A DNA stretch of 40,162 nt from a virus, in IMG/VR virus record IMGVR_UViG_3300045988_095739, positions 1 through 40,162 of that record. One strand, written 5' to 3'. Shown here piece after piece: positions 1 to 9,571 of this stretch (positions within the stretch are counted from its first letter, which is position 1; each line of letters opens with the position of its first letter). The notes under the pieces were generated by a model, which saw nothing but the letters and a program-made list of their open reading frames with translations, did not search any database and had not been told where the DNA came from. The position numbers were made by a program, and so were the translations under genes.

Positions 1-41
1 ATAGCCACGATAGCGGTGGTCGTATTGCCTTTCCGGACTGC

Positions 42-92
42 GAGAGAAAGAAAAACGCGCCCACTGCTCGTGACCACGTTGCTTACGGTTAT
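42..92 (-). terminator. Hairpin plus T-rich tract downstream of the portal-MuF-ART gene
   Basis: Minus-sense sequence CGTGGTCACgagcaGTGGGCGCG followed by TTTTTCTTTCTCTC. Confidence 0.35.
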
Positions 93-122
93 TGTACTAC
101 AGAGAGAGGCGGGTTGGCAAGA

Positions 123-3100
123 TTACGTCGTAAACGTCGTACCATCCGCTCGTGTCACTGTAATATTCTGATTGTACGAACGCATCTTCTCATGAATCTT
201 AGTCAGTTCTTCTTCGCTCGGCGTGTAGTCACCGTCGACACCAAGTAGTTTATCAGCCGCTTCTATTTCTTCAGCAGTGATAACGCGAACATTCGGATCA
301 GACAGTTCCTTGCCGCTTTTATCTACAAACGCAATGTCGACGTCAACGATACCATTTTCGTCCGGTCTGCTCATGCCTTTAATTATATAATCCTGACCGC
401 GCCCAAGCAATATCTCTTTCTCATACGGATATTCAGAGCGCTCAAGCAATATGGCGTTTACATCAAGTCCATGATAACCTTGAGGCACTTTCACCCGCAA
501 CAAGTATTTATACGGGTCGCTTGCACCGAACGCAAAACTTCGTCCAACGATATTATCGCGACTCATCGATAAAAAGCCCTTGTCATTGAACGTATCACCA
601 ATGGCCAGTTGATTTTTCAAACCAAAACCGCGATAGAGTATAGTGTCATTACCGAGCGCAGACTTTGCAATCATCTTATCTAACCGTTTCACTGCCTCAG
701 TCGCATGCGAACTAATAGCAGTTCCGGTTCGGAGGTGTTCATTTATCTCCTTGTAGTAAATCCCCTGGTACATCAATAAGGCTTCAGTGTCGACTTTAGT
801 AACACCTTTCGCTAGTACGCCAGTATCAATCAGCTCCTGCTTGCGCGTTGTTTTGAGATGCTCTACCTTGTCAGCAAGCTCTTCGTTCTTCATGCCGGTG
901 ACTTCAGGTAGCTTATAATCGTCCGACATCTTACGTATCATCACCCATATACAACGGCAGTTGAAGTGCAATGGCGGCTGCCACTTCGTCGTTTTGCGCT
1001 CTTCGGGAGTGACAATACTTCCATCCAGCGCGCGGCAGGTCGAGCAGGTTTTGCCATCTAGTAATGCAGAGTATTCGTACAGGTCGCCATTCTTCTCAAT
1101 CGACGTAAACACGTCATTCCGGCCATTATTGATACCTCGCCCCACAATAGCGCTTGCTGTTGGCTTCAGTATGCTTGCCGCCCAGGCGAGCAATGCTAAT
1201 TCAAGCGCTTCTAGGAATATATCAGTCACAGTAGTTATTTCGTCCGCTAGGTGTGTTGGTTGCTTCAATCGCTGTTCGGCAATAATACTCCGTATATCAT
1301 CCTGCTGCTTCGTAATGACGAAGTCTGTCATTTCACGGATTGTAGCCATAGCTTCGCGGCTTGTAGCCGGTGCTGGCACGTTATGCTCGTCTGCCGCACC
1401 GTTCTTAGCGTAGTTGTAGGCGTTACGGATTGTTGAGTTAACGAGTTTAGCGTACTCAGTTGGCAATTCGACGACTATATCCTTTGCACTCTTTGTAGCC
1501 ATGTCGCCTGCTACTAGCTGCTTGAGGAAGTCCGTCATGATAGGTTCGGCGGCAGTTACGAAGTTATCCTCCAACGAATCCATCTTGGCATTGATATCTT
1601 CGAACTTTACGTTCTGTTCGGCAGGCGTGAGCGGTCTCCACCACTTCATTTCGGTGTCGCTTAGAAATTTACCGGCATTACTGCCAGAATCCTCCTTATC
1701 GTCGCCAGACTCTTTATCTCCGTAATTAATGCCCACAGAAGGCACGCGCATGCCGCCTATAGCCTCGCGCAGCGAGCGAACCCACTTCTGAACAGTCTCA
1801 GGGTCGTTTTTTACGTAGGCAAGCGTTACGTGCGGCGTGTATGTTCCAAAGGTGTTCACATGCGGCAATAGCCCGAGGCGTTCATGCGCTTCTGTCAGTC
1901 GACCATCATATACACGAGCGATAATCGGCACAGACTCCGCACCAGGTTCTACCGGGAACGAATCAATATCATCAAGCGCTACACTGTCGCAGCGCCACCC
2001 GCTCAAAACTGTATCGACTTCTGTTTTTATCGCGTTGCCATTCTGTAGTAAGCCGAACAACAATGATACATGAGGTTGTACCTCTGCTACCGCGCCCATC
2101 GTATGCCCGCCCGGCTTTGCTTGCACTAGGTCAGCTGCGCCATTCTCTACATGCCGTACGACATCAAACGGCTGCAGGTCTAACATAATACAGCCGAGTT
2201 TATCTTCGTCGACACCCAGGTTATCGTGTAGACCGGGAAAATCTCGCGCGCTGATTTCAGACAATTCCTTGCTGTCTTTCAATTTCTTTACATCCGCCTC
2301 ATCAATGTCAGCATTTTGCTCAGGTTTCTTTACATCTGCTTCACTATTCTCTTCGTTGTCAGCCGCAGCCTCCTCTTTCTTAGCTTCTTTCGCTTCGCGC
2401 TTCTCACGTTCCTTGCGAACCTGCTCTAGGTCGATATCAAGGCGGTTAGCAGCTTGCTCTTCAATACTCTTTATCATGTCGTCGCTAATGTGGTCTTTTT
2501 CTACAAGCTTCATGAATGCCTCCCACATTGTTTCGACAACATCGCTCGTGATATCGTCGTATCTAAACTCAGGGTAATGCGGCGTAGCGAAGTTCAAGTC
2601 GATTAAGTCGGCGATAATGAACTGATTGATATGCTCTTCGATTTTCGTCATGAATGCCTTAAGCGACATCATCATTGCATCTTTGAGGTTGTCGCTTAGC
2701 GCATACGAGCCGGTATTGCTTTTTCCTTGCGAGCTCATCAGCATAAACGTAGCCAGAAATGCACGAGCCATCTCAGAGTTCTGCCGTTCGATAGACTGGT
2801 GCGGGTCGCGACCATTCTGCGTAATCTCTTTCACGTCATAGCCATACGGTATTGAGGCAACAGAATTACGTTCGCCGAGTTTTGATAGTGCCCTGAGAAC
2901 CTTGCTTACGAGAGCGCCGCCCTTAACGCTCTCATCGCTTGCGAGTGCGTTGTCGCCTTTACGAATGAGCACTTTCGGTTTAATAGCGTCAGCCTGTAAT
3001 GCAATACTATCAAGGTATTCTAGCTTATGCTTCTTCTCATACGGACGCCGCAATGACCGCAGTGCACTTCGACCATACAAATAGTCGCGTGACTTGTTGT

Positions 3101-3677
3101 GCGTAAATAAGAATGTCTTATACGCCGGTAGAATCACATCAACCGTTCTCTCGCCATATCCCACGACTTGCCGTGCACCGCCATAGCCACCAGCCTCGTC
3201 GCGGATTAGCGTAATGCCAATACTATCGCGATGAGCAAGCTTCTTCAGTACATATTTACCGTTTTCGATTTTGTAGACTTTCTCCCACAACTGGAAACCA
3301 TCGACGATTGATAGCATAAGCTCGTCTTGAAATAGCGTGAATGGCGACTCCATACCGCCTTTGTATGGCGGTTCAAATAGGTTGGTACGGACAAAGTTCG
3401 CCTGCTCCTCGCTTGCATCATCCTTACTCGCGTCAATACGATAGGTAGCGGCGATAATCGGCAGCGTGAATACATTGAATAGCGCTTCGACTGTCGGGTC
3501 TCTGTCTACCATCTCGCGGTACTGCTTGATTGTCACCTTATCGCTGCGCAGCTCCTCATGTTCATAGCTACTGAATATAACTTCGCCGGCAACACCAACT
3601 TCACGCGACAATTCCTTGGTTGATTGTACGTTTTTATTCTTTATGCCAAATAACTTCATGTCTATGTTTCCAATCAA
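123..3677 (-). CDS. Portal protein fused to MuF-like head morphogenesis domain and C-terminal ADP-ribosyltransferase toxin domain (1184 aa); probable true start ATG at 3659
   Basis: The N-terminal ~420 aa is portal-like, consistent with the Mu-type head module. The central region carries the MuF/SPP1 gp7 signature LLDGKTCSTCRALDGS...PPLHFNCRCIWV. The C-terminal ~200 aa has the R-S-E ADP-ribosyltransferase motifs YRGFG, GFLSMS (STS-like) and EKEILL (ExE ARTT loop), resembling VIP2/iota-like toxins. The track ORF starts at TTG 3677; ATG at 3659 fits MKLFGIKNK. Confidence 0.8.
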   Translation of the reverse strand: MIGNIDMKLFGIKNKNVQSTKELSREVGVAGEVIFSSYEHEELRSDKVTIKQYREMVDRDPTVEALFNVFTLPIIAATYRIDASKDDASEEQANFVRTNLFEPPYKGGMESPFTLFQDELMLSIVDGFQLWEKVYKIENGKYVLKKLAHRDSIGITLIRDEAGGYGGARQVVGYGERTVDVILPAYKTFLFTHNKSRDYLYGRSALRSLRRPYEKKHKLEYLDSIALQADAIKPKVLIRKGDNALASDESVKGGALVSKVLRALSKLGERNSVASIPYGYDVKEITQNGRDPHQSIERQNSEMARAFLATFMLMSSQGKSNTGSYALSDNLKDAMMMSLKAFMTKIEEHINQFIIADLIDLNFATPHYPEFRYDDITSDVVETMWEAFMKLVEKDHISDDMIKSIEEQAANRLDIDLEQVRKEREKREAKEAKKEEAAADNEENSEADVKKPEQNADIDEADVKKLKDSKELSEISARDFPGLHDNLGVDEDKLGCIMLDLQPFDVVRHVENGAADLVQAKPGGHTMGAVAEVQPHVSLLFGLLQNGNAIKTEVDTVLSGWRCDSVALDDIDSFPVEPGAESVPIIARVYDGRLTEAHERLGLLPHVNTFGTYTPHVTLAYVKNDPETVQKWVRSLREAIGGMRVPSVGINYGDKESGDDKEDSGSNAGKFLSDTEMKWWRPLTPAEQNVKFEDINAKMDSLEDNFVTAAEPIMTDFLKQLVAGDMATKSAKDIVVELPTEYAKLVNSTIRNAYNYAKNGAADEHNVPAPATSREAMATIREMTDFVITKQQDDIRSIIAEQRLKQPTHLADEITTVTDIFLEALELALLAWAASILKPTASAIVGRGINNGRNDVFTSIEKNGDLYEYSALLDGKTCSTCRALDGSIVTPEERKTTKWQPPLHFNCRCIWVMIRKMSDDYKLPEVTGMKNEELADKVEHLKTTRKQELIDTGVLAKGVTKVDTEALLMYQGIYYKEINEHLRTGTAISSHATEAVKRLDKMIAKSALGNDTILYRGFGLKNQLAIGDTFNDKGFLSMSRDNIVGRSFAFGASDPYKYLLRVKVPQGYHGLDVNAILLERSEYPYEKEILLGRGQDYIIKGMSRPDENGIVDVDIAFVDKSGKELSDPNVRVITAEEIEAADKLLGVDGDYTPSEEELTKIHEKMRSYNQNITVTRADGTTFTT

Positions 3678-3705
3678 AAATAGCCACGAATTTCCGTGAC
3701 TACAT
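3675..3705 (-). terminator. Conserved hairpin/T-run element, copy B (GTAGTCACGgaaattCGTGGCTATTTTTG) between terL and portal
   Basis: One of three near-identical elements. Confidence 0.45.
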
Positions 3706-3717
3706 TGCTTACGTTAA

Positions 3718-5259
3718 TTATAACACATAGTCATCGTACTCCTCGCCATCGTCGTTATCGTCAGAACCGATATCATCATACGAGCCGGCAAGTGCAATTT
3801 CTTCAGTAGAGGCGATTGCTCCATCGATGAGTAGCATGCGGATAGCATACACCATAGCGTCTACCATGTCGTCGTGGCTGCTATTCGGAAACTCCATCAG
3901 CTGGTCATAGAGGTCTTGCACGCCAGGCGCACCTTGTATGAAATGCACCCGACCACTTTCAAAGAACCGACTCACGGCAAGCAAACGGCGTGTTTTGTCT
4001 TTGTCTGGTTTTTGTGGGATAATAGGCAATCCTGCGAGCATGTCGCGGAATACAAGCTGCAAAGCACCAGCCTCAACGCCTACCGCGTTTGGATCGAATG
4101 TTTCGTAGAGCGTAGATATGTAATCGGCATTCTTCTGCGGCGATAAACGCTTATTGCTCACATGGTAGATGTACACGTCGCCTTGCACGCTTAGTTCGGC
4201 AATCACAATACCAGTCGGGTCGGCAGCCGAGCGTTCGCTTACCGCAGGGTCTACCGCCATTACTCGCGCCGATACGTATCGCTTATCGGGTCTTGCTTCC
4301 GCCCACTTTACCCAGCCTGGTTGGATAATCATGTCATCTTCATCAAGCGGTTTGTTCTGATACTCCTGAGCGAATGCGACCGAACCGATGTAGCCGTCGC
4401 ATTTCGGGTCGTCTCGCATGGCTTTCAGTCGCTCCAGACTCATATGCTCCGGCCAGAGAGCGTACTCGTTGCCATCATCATCCGTCATAATCGCCCGATA
4501 GAGCTTCGTGTTCCAGCTTGCGAACATCTCTCTATGCCTTAGTATGTTCTGCAGCAGTGAGTCGTGGTGTAGTACTGTACCGACCATAATAGCGCGTCCA
4601 TCGCGGCTTAGAGCCGGTAAGCACGCCTTAATTAGCCAATTCTTCAGCTTCTTGCGCTGTTCGGCCGTAGCAACACGTTCGTCATTCTCTAAATCGTCGA
4701 TAAGTAGCAGATCTGGCCGGTGCTCACGGTAGCGCAAGCCTCGTATCTTCATTCCAGCACCTTTAGCGACCCATTTAATGCCAGTAGCTGTCACAAATTC
4801 GCCATCACGCCACTCTTCGCTCATTAGATTGCCGTACAGCCATCGAACCTTGATGTTGTTCTCAAATTGGTCTTTCAGCGCATTCACGAACTCAATTGAT
4901 TGCGTCACAGTGTCTGAGATGATGACGCCGAAGTGGTGTTTCTCAGTCACTGTCGACCATAGCGCGTAAGTAAAGTCGATTGTCGTACTCTTAGCATGTC
5001 CGCGCGGTGCAGCGAATGCCAAATATTTATTTGACACGTCAGCGGCGGCAGATAGCATTTCACGGTGGAAGTTAGGTGTCTCTAGTGCGATATAATCATC
5101 GTTAATAAACCAGCCGAACAGATGGATGTTTGCGGGGCGTGCAAATACGGAACGTAGTATGCGGCGTAGTCTCGGCTTATTGCTTCGATATTTCTTACAT
5201 ACTCGCCGAATATCGTCCCGCGACAAATCATCCAAAGATGGCTTCGTCAAGCTCGGCAT
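3718..5259 (-). CDS. terL: Terminase large subunit
   Basis: 513 aa with Walker A AAPRGHAKST and Walker B LLLIDDLEND, then a nuclease-like C-terminus. It sits between TerS and the portal gene. Confidence 0.9.
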   Translation of the reverse strand: MPSLTKPSLDDLSRDDIRRVCKKYRSNKPRLRRILRSVFARPANIHLFGWFINDDYIALETPNFHREMLSAAADVSNKYLAFAAPRGHAKSTTIDFTYALWSTVTEKHHFGVIISDTVTQSIEFVNALKDQFENNIKVRWLYGNLMSEEWRDGEFVTATGIKWVAKGAGMKIRGLRYREHRPDLLLIDDLENDERVATAEQRKKLKNWLIKACLPALSRDGRAIMVGTVLHHDSLLQNILRHREMFASWNTKLYRAIMTDDDGNEYALWPEHMSLERLKAMRDDPKCDGYIGSVAFAQEYQNKPLDEDDMIIQPGWVKWAEARPDKRYVSARVMAVDPAVSERSAADPTGIVIAELSVQGDVYIYHVSNKRLSPQKNADYISTLYETFDPNAVGVEAGALQLVFRDMLAGLPIIPQKPDKDKTRRLLAVSRFFESGRVHFIQGAPGVQDLYDQLMEFPNSSHDDMVDAMVYAIRMLLIDGAIASTEEIALAGSYDDIGSDDNDDGEEYDDYVL

Positions 5260-5782
5260 CGGTTAGTTCCTTGTCTTCTTTGGCTTTCTTCAACTTCAGA
5301 TCACGCTCATCACGCCAGCCGCAAACATTCTTCATGGTGAATATTACAAAGCTCGCCGATGTTTTGCCGCTCAAACCAATTTCAACTAAAAACTCACGCT
5401 GTAATTCTTTCGCAATCTTATAGGATTCGGAAAACTCTTCATGCTTCTTTTTCCATTCATGCAAAGTATCTATGTTCACGCCTATCTTTCGTGCAAATCC
5501 TGCAAACCATGGCATCTTAGCTGGTAATCGCTCCAGCTTCACCTTTCCATCTACTTCAGCATCCTTAATAATCTCCATCGGATCAACGCTAAAGTAATCT
5601 ATAAGCTGCTGGCAATATTCCGGTCTATAGGCAGTTGGTCTACCTATTTTCTTTTTATTATGTTCAGGTTCTCCGTGTATAGCACCATTGTTTTTAATAG
5701 CAGTTCCCTGCTTCTGCTTCTGCTTCTGCTTCTGTAAGGATTTTCCTGATTTCTTTTTTGCTGCCATGGTATATTTCTCCAA
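5228..5782 (-). CDS. terS: Terminase small subunit (probable true start ATG at 5767, MAAKKK)
   Basis: Small basic protein directly upstream of and overlapping terL, with an N-terminal lysine/glutamine-rich DNA-binding-like region. RBS GGAGA lies 8 nt before ATG 5767; the track start at 5782 is TTG. Confidence 0.7.
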   Translation of the reverse strand: MEKYTMAAKKKSGKSLQKQKQKQKQGTAIKNNGAIHGEPEHNKKKIGRPTAYRPEYCQQLIDYFSVDPMEIIKDAEVDGKVKLERLPAKMPWFAGFARKIGVNIDTLHEWKKKHEEFSESYKIAKELQREFLVEIGLSGKTSASFVIFTMKNVCGWRDERDLKLKKAKEDKELTDAELDEAIFG

Positions 5783-5813
5783 AATAAAAATAGCCGCTTA
5801 TGTGGCTACGTTA
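5783..5813 (-). terminator. Conserved hairpin/T-run element, copy A (GTAGCCACataaGCGGCTATTTTTATTTTGG) immediately upstream of the terS RBS
   Basis: See the finding on the AAAAATAGCCRC element. Confidence 0.45.
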
Positions 5814-5897
5814 CTAGTGCTTATTATAGCATTGCGGTATTAAGGTTATACTGTGCAGGACGTAAAACCCATAGGGTACATTTTTGGCGGTTATGTA

Positions 5898-5966
5898 TTC
5901 TACGGGCATACTATTATGCGAGAAATACCCGTAGGAAGTGTTTGTGTAGATATACGTTCTACGGGT
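5898..5966. promoter_or_regulatory. Three copies of the CCCGTAGAA / TTCTACGGG half-site upstream of terS
   Basis: TTCTACGGG at 5898-5906, CCCGTAGGA at 5928-5936, and ACGTTCTACGGGT at 5954-5966. Confidence 0.5.
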
Positions 5967-6043
5967 AAAATAAAACCCGCCCCTATTGCTAGAGGCGAGA
6001 GAAAGTTCGCTTGATGACTAAACCAAGCAGATATAATTGTATG

Positions 6044-6247
6044 CTATTTGTCTTTGTTTTTCCACCGTTTGGCAGCACCAGCTCGTCCTCTTTCACGAGC
6101 AATGCGAGTACGCTCTTCGGCACTAATGTTTTCCCAAATCTTTTTACCTCCCCTTGATGTAGCTTCTTGTAGTTTTTTATATTTCTTCTCTATCTCCTTG
6201 AGCTTGTCGTATTCGGCTTTAGTAATTGTTATTGTTTCTTCGTCCAT
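6044..6247 (-). CDS. Hypothetical small basic protein (67 aa)
   Basis: Compact ORF in the operon between the ParB-like gene and the regulatory region upstream of terS. Lys/Arg-rich. Confidence 0.5.
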   Translation of the reverse strand: MDEETITITKAEYDKLKEIEKKYKKLQEATSRGGKKIWENISAEERTRIARERGRAGAAKRWKNKDK

Positions 6248-6249
6248 TC

Positions 6250-6750
6250 TTAATCCTCCTTGGCTTTACTAAATTCCCTGTTCTTAAATAGTGCCGCTAA
6301 TCCGCTAACCTGCTTGAGTCGTAGCAATTCGTCTGCGTCCATGCCGATGTTCTTCATAATCCAGGCGTCACTCATACCACTATCGACCAATTCAGCCACG
6401 ATGTTAGTCATCAGTTCGATGGAATGGCTGCCTCTTGCTCGGTTATGCCGAATAGTCGATGCCATACGCTGTTCAATCGGTTTGTCTATCACGACGACGG
6501 GTAATTTGCCATTTTCGCGTTCAAAAATATCCTTGTGCGTTTTCATGATGGTGTAGCGATGATAGCCGTCGACGATTTCATAATTTTCGTTGTCAAGCTT
6601 ATAACAGACTATCGGCATTGTATAGCCGTCCTCCAGGATAGATTTATAGAGCAGTTTCATTTCCGGCGGGGCTACGGCGTTTGGATTGTAGGCGTTAGCA
6701 TGAATCTGTTCAATCGGCACGGCACGCACGGTATAAACTGGTGATTTCAT
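6250..6750 (-). CDS. ParB-like nuclease domain protein
   Basis: The IVDGYHR motif and surrounding pattern are typical of the ParB N-terminal (ParB/Srx) fold. It is translationally coupled to the upstream PAPS-reductase-like gene. Confidence 0.8.
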   Translation of the reverse strand: MKSPVYTVRAVPIEQIHANAYNPNAVAPPEMKLLYKSILEDGYTMPIVCYKLDNENYEIVDGYHRYTIMKTHKDIFERENGKLPVVVIDKPIEQRMASTIRHNRARGSHSIELMTNIVAELVDSGMSDAWIMKNIGMDADELLRLKQVSGLAALFKNREFSKAKED

Positions 6751-8039
6751 TATAGTATCTCCTTATATTTTTTGATTGCGTTCTTACGCTTTTCCATTTC
6801 GTATTTTGTTTGTGAAAAACCCATATATTTACAGAAGTGGTCGTTCTTCATAATACAAATACACATGCGTTTATAGGTTGGTATTTCGCGAAATTCTGAA
6901 ATATCAATATCGTCAAGGTAATCCATGCGTACCGGCAGCTTGTCGGTTTTGTAGTTTGTCTTGTCGCCAACGGCAATGTTGATGCCGCGCTCTTTAAGCT
7001 TATCGACTGTGTCGCTTCCCAGCACACCACCGCGTTCTTTCCAGAACTTTATACTCGTATCCAATTTAGCCTGATAGCGAGCACGTACATCTGTCGGCAA
7101 CGTGCTAAGCAGGAACTTGCAATAGCTTTTCCAAGTGTGCCCCTTAGGTAGCGTAATCGACTTCCATCCCATAGCGGTCGTGCCGCCGTATATTCCAGTG
7201 AAGTTGACGCCGTTGACTCGCGATACGAGCTTGCCCCATGTATGAGGCTCAATTACACGATAGAGCTTCAGACTATCCTGCGCCGCATCGTTGAATGGGC
7301 TCGCCACACGCATTGCGTCAAGCGGTACACCAGCCTGATGGTAGAGGTCATAAAGTTTGTTGTACGAATAGCCAAATTTAGCGTTGGCCGTCCAAATATC
7401 TTCAGTAATCCAGTCGTAAATCGGATAAAAATTAAATACATCACTTGCCATCTGCTTCGAATACTGCCGACCCATGAATGTACGGTAATTTCTGTCAGAA
7501 TGAATAGCGCGCCATCGATTGAGACTTTCCTGCGTGCGAATACCGACCAGGCATGCTGTATGTCTCGCATTGCGCTGTTTATGTAACCACACGCCAAATT
7601 TATCTTGAAAAGCATAGTCCCACATATTGCCGTTCCAGAAATCGAATTGATGATTATCGATATTTATACTGTCTTTCGGCAATTCTCGCGTCCAAATACC
7701 ACGCTCCGTGACATTCCACGGCTTCCAGTGGTCTTGAAACATCGAGGTCGAGCACTGTGCCTTAATCGGCATGCAAATATGGTAGAACCTCACTCCGGTC
7801 GGTAAACTATGTTTTACTTCCTCTACGTAGTCGGTTGTCATCTGATATTGCGCCTCGTAGTCAATGTGCATAACTGATACATCAGTTAACCGTTCAGTTT
7901 TCTCTGCGTAATCCAACGTCAGGTTTAGTAGTACGCCGCTATCCTTGCCTCCACTGAATGACACGCAAATATTGTCGAAGTGGTCGAATATAAATCGTAA
8001 GCGCTTTTGAGACACCTCATAAACATTCATAACGTCCAT
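6750..8039 (-). CDS. PAPS reductase-like (PP-loop ATP pyrophosphatase) family protein with C-terminal extension (DUF3440-like)
   Basis: The N-terminal SFSGGKDS P-loop is typical of phosphoadenosine phosphosulfate reductase / PP-loop enzymes. 429 aa. Paired with the ParB-like gene as in IbrA/IbrB-like and Dnd-like modules. Confidence 0.8.
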   Translation of the reverse strand: MDVMNVYEVSQKRLRFIFDHFDNICVSFSGGKDSGVLLNLTLDYAEKTERLTDVSVMHIDYEAQYQMTTDYVEEVKHSLPTGVRFYHICMPIKAQCSTSMFQDHWKPWNVTERGIWTRELPKDSINIDNHQFDFWNGNMWDYAFQDKFGVWLHKQRNARHTACLVGIRTQESLNRWRAIHSDRNYRTFMGRQYSKQMASDVFNFYPIYDWITEDIWTANAKFGYSYNKLYDLYHQAGVPLDAMRVASPFNDAAQDSLKLYRVIEPHTWGKLVSRVNGVNFTGIYGGTTAMGWKSITLPKGHTWKSYCKFLLSTLPTDVRARYQAKLDTSIKFWKERGGVLGSDTVDKLKERGINIAVGDKTNYKTDKLPVRMDYLDDIDISEFREIPTYKRMCICIMKNDHFCKYMGFSQTKYEMEKRKNAIKKYKEIL

Positions 8040-9258
8040 CCTTTATGCATTTAATGATATTATCAAGCGTTCTCTCTTTTTTGTCGAGACTCGAACGAAT
8101 AATACGTTCCAGCCCGACGTCGACGAAGAAGTCGTAAATTTCCACATTTTTCGTCTGTCCGGTGCGGTAGATTCGGTGCATTGCCTGAATTTTGTCTTTA
8201 TAGTCGAATGTTTGCGTTAGAAATGCCATGCGGTGACAGAACTGCAGGTTCAAGCCAAACGCACCCGTCCCGTATGTGCATATCAGGACCTGGTACCTAC
8301 CGGCTTCGAAGTCGGCTAGATTAGCTTTATGCCGGCCGGAATATTCAGCCGCATTCGGTAGCATTTCCAGTAGGCGGTCAACTTCATCCAAATATTTCAC
8401 GAATATTATTAACTGCTCATCGCCAACAATATCCATCAGCTTGCGGTATTTGTCGTCGCACACTGTATAGGTATGCTGTAGTTTTTGGGTAATCTCCAAG
8501 AAATTGATAAACAATCCTCGCAGACTTTCGTCTTTCGCTAATCGGTAATTATCATGTTCCTGTTCGTTCATCTGACACTCGATGTCCGTAGTGCACATTT
8601 CGACTGGAATATCCAGGTCGGCATCAAAGATATATGGGCGAATCATCTCAATCAGTGCCGCTTCGTTAGCCGGCTTACTCCAACGTCGCCACGCCCGATA
8701 ACCATCTTTGTAATATTCCATGAAATAGTTGGCAAACTGCGCTTCGGTCATGTTGAGGATGTTTGGGCTAATGAAATTTATCTGTGGCAACAGGTCAAGA
8801 ATACTACGCGTTGTTGGTGTTCCATTAAGTATTAAACGAAAGTCGAAGTGATCGTAGTACCCGATTAGTCGTTTTGTTCGTTTAGCGTCTAAATTCTTAA
8901 TCTTTATACTCTCATCGACAATACAGAAACTGCGCGCACTATCAGCTAGGTTCAACATATCCATAAACTTCTCATCGGACATTGATATACTTTCGACAGA
9001 GAATGTCCGCACGTTTGGCATGAAATCGCACCATTTCGCCATTTCGCTTCGGTAATTCTGATCGTTAAGCAGGCTCGCTGGTGCGATCCAAATGATAACA
9101 TCGTTCTCGCGGTTGATCCTCTGACTAATCCAGTCCATGGCAACCTTAGTTTTGCCAGTGCCCATTTTCATGAACAGTGCACCGGCACGCAATCGCGACA
9201 ACTTATCAACAGCGCTCGCTTGGATCAAATCTAACCTCATCGATTGGTTGTTGATCAT
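8017..9258 (-). CDS. SNF2-family helicase (DEAD-like N-lobe plus helicase C domain)
   Basis: Motif I MGTGKT, motif II IVDESIKIKN, motif III LNGTPTT, and motif VI HRIYRTGQTKNVEIY. Confidence 0.85.
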   Translation of the reverse strand: MINNQSMRLDLIQASAVDKLSRLRAGALFMKMGTGKTKVAMDWISQRINRENDVIIWIAPASLLNDQNYRSEMAKWCDFMPNVRTFSVESISMSDEKFMDMLNLADSARSFCIVDESIKIKNLDAKRTKRLIGYYDHFDFRLILNGTPTTRSILDLLPQINFISPNILNMTEAQFANYFMEYYKDGYRAWRRWSKPANEAALIEMIRPYIFDADLDIPVEMCTTDIECQMNEQEHDNYRLAKDESLRGLFINFLEITQKLQHTYTVCDDKYRKLMDIVGDEQLIIFVKYLDEVDRLLEMLPNAAEYSGRHKANLADFEAGRYQVLICTYGTGAFGLNLQFCHRMAFLTQTFDYKDKIQAMHRIYRTGQTKNVEIYDFFVDVGLERIIRSSLDKKERTLDNIIKCIKDGRYECL

Positions 9259-9571
9259 ACACTACCTCTAATTTTGGTGGAATGTGGCGGTAGAAGTACT
9301 CTAGCAAACCTTTTTCGTCGACTAGATTACGCCGTACCGCCATCACCCGTTCATTTCTAATGCGATACCCACCTTTGGGCAACCAACACTCTTTCGACCC
9401 GATGAGGAATAAGGTTGCCCGTGGTGTTTCGTGGATAATGTCCTCGTATTTAACGTACGCCCAATAATCACTCGAAGTATTTGGCGAACTCATCGGCAGA
9501 CATTTCCCACTCATCAATTTTTTCAAATTTATTATACTTGCCCTTGCCGTTCTTAAACAGTTTGAATACAA
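9206..9571 (-). CDS. Hypothetical protein; N-terminal boundary uncertain (likely starts at ATG 9493 or is frameshift-continuous with the upstream 91-aa ORF)
   Basis: A protein-like open frame fills the gap between the 91-aa ORF and the SNF2 gene. The first ~34 codons overlap the better-looking 3' end of the 91-aa ORF in another frame. Confidence 0.4.
   Translation of the reverse strand: MYSNCLRTARASIINLKKLMSGKCLPMSSPNTSSDYWAYVKYEDIIHETPRATLFLIGSKECWLPKGGYRIRNERVMAVRRNLVDEKGLLEYFYRHIPPKLEVVYDQQPIDEVRFDPSERC

Noticed and set aside
961-3084. Numerous + strand ORFs of 60-170 aa in the track (for example 961-1413, 2269-2577, 30641-31048, 31226-31936, 33575-34111, 39187-39687)
   Set aside because: All lie fully inside long, well-supported minus-strand genes. 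They have low-complexity Ser/Ala/Leu-rich translations and no RBS, which is the typical shadow-ORF pattern.
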